From contig NIVC01003375.1 of assembly GCA_002269645.1 (NCBI GenBank), forward strand, positions 1 to 64,000: a stretch of 64,000 nt of DNA. The letters are read 5' to 3'. The position numbers and the translations under genes were made by a program. This document shows positions 11,916-23,200 of this stretch, piece by piece. The notes under the pieces were generated by a model. It saw nothing but the letters and a program-made list of their open reading frames with translations. It had not been told where the DNA came from and searched no databases. Each line of letters starts with the position of its first letter. Position 1 is the stretch's first letter. Source of the DNA: Macrostomum lignano. Taxonomy: Eukaryota.

Positions 11916-13728
11916 CGAAAACCTCCCGAAAGACAACGCACGAAATCGAACTATTTGGGGGGAGGGGGTCGTGGAGTCGTCGGGCGCGTTCACCGCTGAG
12001 CTGCTCTCTGCTCTTCCCCTACGCTTGTCTCAAGGACGACCAGAGTTTTAATGGTGTTAATTTTTTTAATTTATTTTTATTTTTAATATATTTATTTTTT
12101 TAATAGTGGTAAATTTTTTTTCTCTGAAGATTTGACGTGGCATTCGACTGTCAGTGATATTTGACTTCCAGTAACATTTGACTGTCAGTGACATTTCATT
12201 GCAAGTGACATTTGACTGTTCCTAACTCTAAACCTAACCTAATCCCAAACTCTCACCCTAACCTAAATCTTCGGTAGTTAAATGAGGGTATACCTAAAAA
12301 TGAAGTTCTTTCTTTTCTTTAGGAAAAGCCTTACAAAAGTGGCTTTCGGTACCTGAAGCAATGCACAGAGGACCTGTTTTGGCGACCTTCTAACCAGTTG
12401 TGTAATAAGTTGCATATTCTCATGGTCAAGTTACGTACGAGACACGAAGATCCGACCTTGAAGCCATTATAATTAGGTCAAAATGAATTGTCGCACAAGG
12501 CACTGGCAAGATGTGAAGTGGCGAAACCGGCATCTTCTTTGTCAAGTGGGGAGGGGGGGCACACGCGGAGACTCGCGCTCAGACTGATGAGCTGCTGATC
12601 GACAAACTCAAGAAACTGTTCAACTTTTTCGGTGCGTGATCTGGCTGAGGCTTTTCCCACCTCGAGCGCCTAAGCCATGCAGGTGATTAATAAGATATCT
12701 AATCGATTTTTGGACAAAATTTTCGTGCCGCCTAGTAAGTTTTAGTCTTTGAAGTTATAAGACTGGCTCAGCGGGCAACGTTTAGCTGTGATTACTTAAT
12801 TAAGGGCAATTCGTCTAAACTGTCTACCCTTAGCCGTTCACTAACTTCCTCGGCAAATGCAAACCCCCAAATCTCGGTTTTAGATTTTAAAAAGGATTTG
12901 ACGAAAAATGTCTCTGGGCTTTCTCAGAATATTTTTTCTTTTTGCGCTCGCACGCGACTTTGCCCTCGTGCCGAATGCATCGCACAATTCGAGCAGCGAA
13001 TGATTTTAGAAGTCTGTCGAACTATGTTGAATGAATAAATTTTAACTGGGTTAAGAACAACACCATCGACTGGAGTTTCGCTTTCAGCCGCACTGGCAAG
13101 CAATAGAAAAATAAAACACTTCAAAAATGTCAAACAAGAATTAAAATTGTGGCGAGTGAAAAGAGGGGAATCACCTGCACGTGCTGCTCATATTTGAGCT
13201 CTGCGGATGGGTATTTACGAGCCTGTGCCAAATTCTAGATATTCGAACATTTGTTTCTTTGAGAAAAATAAAACCATTTAGTGCAATGAAGGTCAAGATC
13301 GAGGACTGCTGTGACAAAACCATGACGGACAAATGAAAATCTCAGGTCTGAGTTCGGCCGGGTGGAGAAAAATTCCTGCTCTTTATTTTAACGAAGCATT
13401 GCAAGCAAAACAGATCAGACAGTTCTATGCTCAATACGCGTTTAAACAGACTGGATACTTGAGTAGAGCCATAGTTTGAATATATCCTTCTCAACCCAAG
13501 ACAAGTAGGCAACTGTGAGGAATGAGCGACAATTGACAGGTACAAAGGGTAGCGAGGAGCACAGGCAACTGAACAGGAAATCGCCAGTGTGCCACAAACC
13601 GGCTCATGTGATTCGAAGGCCTTTTCCGTTCTCAACTGTACTCAACTCGCTTTATCCAACTCCGAGGGCCGAAAACATCCTGAGAATCGGACGAATGTTC
13701 TGATTACTTCCCCCGCCTCAGCCTCTGC

Positions 13729-14210
13729 TCACAGCGCCGACTCTTCCGATGGACTGAGTTTCGGCCGCACCAGGCCGAGGCGCTGCAGGCCGAGCTTCAC
13801 CGCTGACAGGCGCCGATCCCCGCCGCCAGACGACGCCGGCTGAGGCGAAGATGGCGACAGCGTCGGCGGCTGCAGCTGCTGCTGAGCGGCGCTCCTAGAA
13901 GCTCCGTCGCCAGGAAGATCATCGACTGAAGTCGCGTCCGAGTGTTCGGGCTGGTTTGGCGGACCAGACTGGTTGACGATCTCCTTGACCAGGTTGAGAT
14001 CCTCCTTGAGATCAGCCCTGTTGCTCACCAGCTGCGGGTTCTGGCCGATCTTGCTGAGCCGCTCGGCCGCCACGGACTCCATGGTGCGGCGCATCAGCGG
14101 GTAGTTATCCAGCACGGACAGGAAGTTCTCCCGCTCCAGCGAGTACAGGTTGCAGTAGGTCTCGGCTCGGACGCTGGCCACGCGGCGGGCGTTGGTGAGC
14201 AGGCAGATTT
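13729..14210 (-). CDS. HCN: HCN last recognised coding exon (CNBD C-terminal half and tail)
   Basis: Acceptor cccctcag|AA at 14211; [25 protein letters not shown]...; TGA at 13729-13731, which overlaps a possible GTGAGC donor. Confidence 0.93.
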
Positions 14211-17200
14211 CTGAGGGGTGCAAAATGAATAACAATGTCCTGAACCAATTTTAGCACCACCATTTTTTGGTATGCATAGATAGAGGCAAGGGGACGACTC
14301 TTTGCACCCTGGAGCACTTTAAGCAACATGGTCACACAACCGGCGAGAGGCATTACCGCCCATTCTGCCGACTCCCCTGAGCAGGCACACAAGCGCGCGG
14401 ATACGTACGCAGTCATACGCACAGGCACACACTCACGCAGGATTATACAGCGGTCCTGACTATATTTATCGTTAGGCATGTGCACTTCACTCTACCTTGG
14501 GGGTTGGCCCTCAAGGACGTTAATTGCACGAGCAGAGCCAAGCCGAGATCCCATTTCAGAGCCAAATTAATGCGACTGCACTGGGAATCGAGCCTGGGCT
14601 GCTGGCACATGAGAGCGCCGTGCCAGACCACTGGGCTACGGCCCCCACCATGTTGCTATGGAAACGGTGTGAACCTACGTAGATCCAGGGACACGCACCC
14701 GGGAACTCCAATAAAACATTGAGGGCACTCCAATTTAATGTCGAGGAACCGAGTAAGACGTCTAGAAATCTAATTTGATTTTCAGGAACTCGATTAGACA
14801 CCTACATGTAGGACCCCAATTAGATACCCAGAACCTCAATTGGACACCCCAAACCCCAGTTAATTTTACACACTCAGGACCTCAAAAAGACACCTATAAT
14901 GACTCCAATTAGACACCCAAGATTTCAATTAGACACCACGGACCCCAATTTGACACCCAGGACCCCAATTAGACCACCCAGGACCCCAATTAGACACCCA
15001 GGACCCCAATTAGACCACCCAGGACCCCAATTAGACACACAGGGCCCCATTTAGACACCACGTACCCCAATTAGACACCCAGGACCCCAGTTAGACACCC
15101 AGGACCCCAGTTAGACACTCAGGACCCCAGTTAGACACCACGTACCCCAATTAGACCACCCAGGACCCCAGTTAGACACCCAGGACCCCAGTTAGACACC
15201 CAGGACCCCAGTTAGACACCCAGGACCCCAGTTAGACACCACGTACCCCAATTAGACACCCAGGACCCCAATTAGACACCCAGGACCCCAATTAGACACC
15301 ACGTACCCCAATTAGACACCCAGGACCCCAGTTAGACACCCAGGACCCCAATTAGACACCACGTACCCCAATTAGACACCCAGGACCCCAGTTAGACACC
15401 CAGGACCCCAATTAGACACCCAGGACCCCAGTTAGACACCCAGGACCCCAGTTAGACACAATTAAGTAAAAGTCTGGTTTCTACTCTGAAAAGAAGGCAG
15501 GAAAGACGTTAGTACATCGATATACCGATTCCGCTGCATGTTTGACAGAAAGTTAAAATTTGCTGGTATTCCAGGAGATGAAGATCATTACTCCTTGACC
15601 TAGCTTTAAGTTTAGCTTTTATGCTAGCCTATCTAGCTTTAGACGCCGAATCATTTTAGAGAATAAAAATGGCCACTTTATACAAAATTTGTGCGTTGAA
15701 ATTCAATGCTTTTCCGTTTCGCTGAAGTGGGTCTGGAATGCAGGCAGAGTGCGATAATTCCAGATGGTCAGGAATCAAGTACCGGGCGGATGGGTAAGCA
15801 GAATGAGGATTTCTTCCGCCATTCCGCATTCCGGTCGAGCTGAATTTGGTCGAAATTGCGAGGAATCCGTCAGACTGAACAGAAGCTGCGTAGGCATCGA
15901 AAGAAACTTCTTGGCGAATGATTGATCGGAGATCGGGTACGAGCTATGCGAAGGACATTTTCGATATGGAATGCGATGCATTGGGCCTTAGGGAGTGCAT
16001 CCCGTATAGTTCGCTTGGCAATCAAGTTCACGTTTGAATCAAATTACATTCAGGCTTGTTTCAGGCACATTTCAGGTCAATTTCAGGTCTTGTTCAGGCA
16101 TACTTCAGGTCAGTTTCAAGCCTCGTTTCAGGCATACTTCAGGTGAGTTTCTATACCTTGCTATAATATTTTGAGGGAATCTTGATTCATCTGCTTCTAT
16201 CCACCTACTCTGCTTTCGAAACTTCTGTAATCGACAAGTCAAACTAAGCCTCTGACAGATACCGGGTGTGGAAGAGACGGTAAGGCAACCCAGACAAATG
16301 AGGGCAAGCGTATACGAGTAGTCAAATCCAAATCTATCAGTTGGCAACTTCTTCACCGTGGTGCGAAAATGCAGTAATGAGGGAATCGTCTGATCCAACT
16401 AAAAATTATGTAGCGAGATTGCATCAAACAGGCAGCCTTCACTTCGTACAACCAAGGTATTGAATTTCTTTATGAAAGCCCAGAGAAGATATAAATTACT
16501 GCATTCTCTAACTGCGATACTTATGACTGTTCACCGGTTATTAGACTGCATTCTCACCTGTTCTTATCTTAATGACTGTTCACCTGTTATTAGACTGCAG
16601 CCTCACCTGTTCTTATCTTAATGACTGTTCACCTGTTATTAGACTGCAGCCTCACCTGTTCTTATCTTAATGACTGTTCACCTGTTATTAGACTGCAGCC
16701 TCACCTGTTCTTATCTTAATGACTGTTCACCTGTTATTAGACTGCAGCCTCACCTGTTCTTATCTTAATGACTGTTCACCTGTTATTAGACTACAGCCTC
16801 ACCTGTTCTTATCTTAATGACTGTTCACCTGTTATTAGACTGCAGCCTCACCTGTTCTTATCTTAATGACTGTTCACCTGTTATTAGACTGCAGCCTCAC
16901 CTGTTCTAATCTAATGATTCTCCACTAACCTACCTGTTCCAGGCAAATGCCTGTGCTCCAACTTTAAACTAATGTGGCCACGGGACTCTGGCACTGACGC
17001 CTCTAACCTATTGATAGGCTCTCAGTTCCACTCGAACGTTGTTCATTTGCTCAAAGGCCGACAAGTGCTCAATCATATCTCACTAAGCCAAGAAGCACGC
17101 CATTCCCTCTCGCTCACCGCCAAAGTAGGACCCGTCCGATAGGCTCGTGGCCACCTCTCCGTCCTTGGTGATGATGTCCACGATGCCCTCCTGGATAAAG

Positions 17201-20200
17201 TACATCTTCGTCCCGATGGTGCCCTCCTTGATAATGAGGTCGCCAGGTTGGAAAACTTCGTATTTCAGCCGGGTGACGACCTCGGAGACGAAGTCCTGGT
17301 CGGCGTAGGTGAAGAAGGGCACGGCTGCCACCAGGGCGCGGCAGTTGTAGTTGATGATTTGCTGCGGGCGGGAAAGTTAAAAGTACAACTGAAATCATGC
17401 CTCTCCCTCTCTCCCTCCTCCATCTTCTCACCCCCTCCTCTCCCCCAGCTCTCCCCCTCCTCTATCTCCCCTCTCTCCATTCTCCCCCTCTCTTCTGTAT
17501 GCCTCCATTGCACCGCCAATCTCTTTTTTTAAATTAAAAACGCATTCGTTTAGACCGTAAAATAGCATAAACGGACATTTAAAAAACAGATTTACAGGGA
17601 GAAAGCTAAATTTATGACGACTTAATCAAAAAAATATTTTTTCTTCAGGTACTTCAAATAGAGGAACTGAAATAGGGGATTTTTAGCAATCTGTGCCCTT
17701 TATGAAGTGGCAGTCATTCGGCAGATCTTCAACACACTCTGGTGTGGCTACAACACCTGCTATCTTGCAGCCAATTAAATGCCGCTTGCAATTAATTAAA
17801 ACAGGTCACGTGAGCCGCTCAACCGGCATGCGATGCTCTGACGAAGCTAGAGAAGATGCTAAATCATGAACTTCAGCTTGAGCAGGCAGATAGTTGGCTA
17901 CAGGCAGGAGCTAATGAACCGAAAACTCAAGCGGCTTAAACGACTCTGACAAGTGTTCTCAAACCGAGCCCTCGCCCAGGCTGCTTACCTCTCTGAGGCA
18001 CTCGGACAGCTCACTGAGAATTTCGCTCTCGTTGAACATCTTGCCCTGGTACCTGTGCTCGTAGTAGTTGGCTATGCGCTGCCTGAGCGCCCTGGGCAGC
18101 TTGCGGTAGGCCATGTACTCTTCCACTTGCTTGAACTGCGGTTGGCGAGCGGAGAGATTAGGAACGGAATGGGTATGAGGGTATATGGGTATCTGGATGT
18201 ATGGGTATGTGGGTATGTGGGTATGTGGGTATGTGGATGTATGGGTATGTGGGTATGTGGATATAGGGGTATGAGGGTATATGGGTATCTGGATGTATGG
18301 GTATGTGGGTATGTGGGTATATGGGTATCTGGATGTATGGGTATGTGGGTATGTGGGTATGAGGGTATGAGTGTATGTGGGTATGTGGGTATGTGCGTAT
18401 GAGGGTATGAGTGTATGTGGGTATGTGGGTATGTGCGTATGTGGGTATCTGTATCTTGGTATCTGAGTGATCGGATATGTGGGTATGTGGGTATCTATGT
18501 ATCTTGGTTTCAAGGGTATCTAGGTATTTAAGTATAATATATCCATTAAATATTTTGGTATGTATTTAGGTATCTGTTTTTCCAGAATTCTGAGTGTCTA
18601 AATTGGTAATTAATTAGGTTTCCGGACTATATGCAACTGGAGTATTTCGTGATTCAGACATACAGGAGTTTTTTTAACAAAGGGCTTGAGCTGCCACGTA
18701 TGACCTGTTTGAGTTGGCATGTCTTGTTGCCTCAGTGCCTGTGCATGCCTGATGCGTGGGTGTCACTCACTCAAGCAGCCAGTTAGCCTTGGAGATCCTC
18801 CTAGAGGCTCAGTGAGCAGCGCAGCAGCTCCAGCGGGACACTCACCTTTTCTCTATAGAGACGCTTCGACGTATCGAAGCTCTGGATGAGGGCGGCGGCG
18901 TGGCCAACGAAAAGCGCGTAGCAGGATGAGCCGGTCATCATGCTGACGATGGTGATCCAGGCCTCGCTGATGCTGGTTGGCGGGTGCTGGCCGTAGCCAA
19001 TGCTCAGCATGTGACTCATGGCTTTGAACAGGGCCCAGGTGTACTGCCGGAACCAGTGCGCCTCCTGAGGATAAACGTTTGAGATAGGATTTTAGAGTTT
19101 TGAACCGTAGATAGTTCTACTTAGATAAGTCAGTTTAGTAGCATTGCGGTAGCCTAGTTTTAGTAATAACAGATGGCCTAATTGCTATTGCGGTGTTAAA
19201 TAACTACACTGTGGGAATTCGATCTGTTTTTTTCAACCTGATTCAAACTAAGGGATTTGGTTGTGCAGCTTAACAGCCAGTTTAAAGAAAGGTTTGTGCG
19301 TGGTAGGATTTGGGTGGGTGGGGGTTTGTGCGGGACAGGATTTGGAGGGGTGGGTGTAGGTGTATGTGCAGTAGGAGCTGGGGGTGGGGATGCGCGGGGC
19401 AGGAGTTGGAGGGGTGGGGTATGTGTGGGGCAGGAGTTGGAGGGGTGGGGTATGTGCGGGGTAGGAGTTGGAGGGGAGGCAGTTTGCGCGGGGCAGGAGT
19501 TGGAGGGGTGGGGTATGTGCGGGGTAAGAGTTGGAGGGGTGGGTGTAGGTGTATGTGCAGTAGGAGCTGGGGGTGGGGGATGCGCGGGGCAGGAGTTGGA
19601 GGGGTGGGGTGTGTGCGGGATAGGAGTTGGAGAGAGTTGGAAGTTGGAGCCCACATGTATGGTCAGTTTAATGCTAAAGAGGAGACCACTAGACCAGATT
19701 GAATATTTACTATCGATGATGTAATTCTGTAGGTTAATAAGTTGCATATCAAATCGTTTGGAGATGCTGGTGCAGTTTTGAATTTCGCATTTTAAAAGTG
19801 AGCCAATTTAGCGCGGATCGACATTGCAGTTAAAAGATAGTCCACGTCCACAACAGTAAAAATCAAAAGTAGCACATAAACAGGAGGGCGGCGCTTCAGA
19901 AAGATATTGCAGATATCATGCTAAAGAGGTGCAAAAAAGTAAAATTCCAGGTGAGTAGTATCTACGGGTAGCATGAATTGGCACAGCTCGTACATACTAG
20001 TAGGCGATTGTCAATGGCAGAGTACCCACTATCGATGCTTTGATGCTTTGACCTGCAACCCCTAAGGGCCCATGGCGTGTACATGCCTGGTGATGACAAG
20101 TCATTTTAGATGTACACGCATCCCTGTGCGAGCTGAGTGCTTGCGTCCGCGTGTATTCACGTGTGTACCCAGAGGTCACGGAATGTTCTTAATACGCCTC

Positions 20201-23200
20201 TTCGCTTCCAACACCTGCAGCCCCCCGTCACGAGCAAAAAACTGGCTTCTTCGGGTTTAGTAAAGTTAATAAAATCTGTAAAATCTGTAAATGTGTAAAA
20301 GTATGAATATTATAAAAAGTTAAAACTAAAAAACTGGCCAAGCATGGGCAGCTACCAGAGCCTGATACCTGGATGTTCAGCTTCCTAACCCAGGAGTCTT
20401 TGGGAAAGTCTTGAATCGACGGCACGAGAAACTGCAGGCAGCCATTCCAGTGCGCCAGCAGCAGCATCAAGCAGACCAGGTTCACAACACGCATGAACAC
20501 CGACGCCACGTTTAGCAGCTGCAAATGGGGTTCGATTTTGTGCAGAGCGTCATGCCCGCGACAAGTGAGAACGGATCTCAACAACAACAACATGAACAGT
20601 AAGTCGGGTTGGAGTGACACAGCTGCATGGCAACTGCGGCGTGCAAAACAATCTCTCAATTATTCAATCTCAACCTTCATGCGATCGACAGTGTCTGAGC
20701 ACAATACAGACTAACTTTTTTTAACTTTTAGGATCAACAAACGCTAAGTGCTAGTGGGATCGCCTGTCGCATTCGCTCAGACCAGCTTCACCTTCAAGTT
20801 GCACCTGACCACCCAGGACTGTTCGGGAAAGTCCTGCAGAAAGGGGATCAGGTACTGCAGGCAGGCATTCCAGTGGCCCAGCAGCATCATTAGGAGGACT
20901 AAGTTGAAAATCCCCATGAACTTATTGGCCGCACTCAGGAGCTGCAAATGAGGATAAGTTGAGCGACGGAACAGTGAGATATCCTTTGCCCCACGCAGGT
21001 ACAGCAGTTTTTGATCCCACGGTGGTCGCTGATGAAACTCAGCATGATCGCATGATGAACTTGCTTTACAAAACTGGCTGTGCGGTCATCACGACTATCT
21101 TAGCATTTTCATCTACCCGTAATTCAAGTGCGATGAATAGGTATTAGACAAATAGGAAAGCGGCAGTCACATAAATTTATGAATCATGAACACGATAGGG
21201 TCGGTGCTGAAAACTTACAGGTGGTTGACAAATAGTTGCACAGTAAGGCTGCAGCGACATTGACTTGGTTAGCCCACAATTCAGAGACGGGTCAACACTA
21301 TAGCTATAAGCGAGAAAGCACAAGTGACAAAAACTGCCGATAAAAAGCTTTCGGCGGGCCGCCACCCATTAATATAGAATTTACAGCTAAAGTAGAATTG
21401 TGACGCTGCACTCACAAATCGTGCGAATCGCCTTGGAGGACAAGCTTTTCGTTATTAAATGCATCGGATAGATTGATAGACAGTTTTTAGTTCTTTTGTA
21501 CTAAATTCGATTGCAAAACATTTCACCGTCTTTGGACTTCCAAATTGCAAACGGAGCTATAGCGTGCGTGTGTGCGTGTGTCTGTGTATTTTGTCCGAGG
21601 TTAATCCACCAAATCTCTGAATAAAGTTTGAAAAAAGGTCTGCAAACTGCCAAGTACAGCTGCGTTCTGCGAGCGCGGAACTCCCAGATTAGCGCTGTTT
21701 TGCCCGCCTAAAAATTCTCAAAACATGCGGATTATTGGGAGTTCGCGGGAACTCTATTTACTTGCCGGTCTGTGGTACAGTTCTTCAAACTTTAGCCTGA
21801 TGAACTGTAAATCAAGCTTGGTCAAAACACTGACTTGTCCCATTTGCAATTCAGTAACCAGAAGTGGAGATAAATGAGCAAAAGACCCGGCCTCCAGACC
21901 ATTTAAACGAATTGCAAGTGAAGCGTTATTCAACTGTACATGTTAGCTGCGCACGCCGCCACCTTATGAATCCCTAGTTTCAATTCTCGGCATCACCTTA
22001 AGGCCACTCCTGGCCACCCAAGAGTCGTCCGGGAAGTCGTTGAGAAACGGTATAAGGAACTGGAAGCAGGCATTCCAGTGGCCCAAGAGCATCATGATGA
22101 GCACGAGTTTTATAATGCCGAAGCACTTGCTGGCAATTTGAAAGAACTGAAAATTCGGTTTCAAAGAAATCACGATTGACTACATGAGTGACAGTTGCAT
22201 CGAATCACCTAGAGCGACGTGGGTTTGGATAATTCTCTTTGATTACAGCCTTAAAATAAGCAAGCTTTTTTCCGCGAAGCACAATCACGTAATACGTCAT
22301 AGTTACGCAATAGCACTGACCTCCTCCCATTGGCTGACGTAGCGGACCAATCGCGAGAGTCGCAGCAGGCGCAGCAGGCTGAGCAGCTTGGCCAGCCTCA
22401 GGATGCGGAGAGCTCGGCCTGGTGGGGGTGTTGTTGGGATAGAGATGATAATTTTGACTGAGTCCCAAAATTTAACAAACTCAAAGTTATTTTTGCTTTA
22501 TGTATGAGAATACGCTCGTAGATCTTGGTGTGATTGAAGACAGTTGGTACCAATTTTCAAGACAAAGAAGGTGTACATATCTGTCTGAGAAAGTCAATGC
22601 TGGAAAAAGCTGGAAATCCTTTTTTGAACTTACATCATTGGCCGAACTTTAAAGCTGATAAGCTTTGGAAATGAGCCAAGGAAAAGCAGGCAGACACTGA
22701 ACCCTCATTCTGTTCCCATTATTGCTAATACGATCTACTATGAATGGCATAATTTTGAAAGTTGATCGACCCAATTGTGATCTCCAAATTTTAGCGCCAG
22801 TATCACAGGAAAACTGCTTAATTCCCATCTTGTGCACTAAAAATTTGTGACCCAACCAAGCAAACTATTGTAGTCCCCGATGAAAGAACACAAAAGAACA
22901 GGATTTCGCCGCAAATATCCCAACGAACTTGCGGTGCTGCGTCCCCACAACTACAATTGTGCTCCTTGTCAAGGCCAGGTTCTCACCCGCATGCACGAGC
23001 TGGCTGACATTGTTCCTCTGGTTGAGCACCAGGAAGATGTAGTCCATGGGGATGGAGGAGATCAGGTCCAGGAAGAACCACGACTTGAGGTAGTGCTGGG
23101 CGATCATCTTGGGATCCAGGATGATTTCCTCGGCAAAGTCGTTGGTGATGACGCCTGGTGAAGAGCGGGCGGTGCGGCGGGAAGAGTGTTGCAAACTGGT

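Noticed and set aside
12170-12270. Telomere-like ctaaccctaa-type sequence
   Set aside because: Short and degenerate; more likely part of a small interspersed repeat than an interstitial telomere
12478-12680. Possible extra 3' exon of HCN via the GTGAGC donor overlapping the 13729 stop
   Set aside because: Splicing would add only a short low-complexity tail; no motif support, cannot be distinguished from chance
20228-20659. 143-aa ORF as an independent gene
   Set aside because: Only its central 150 nt match HCN S5; the flanks are intron read-through
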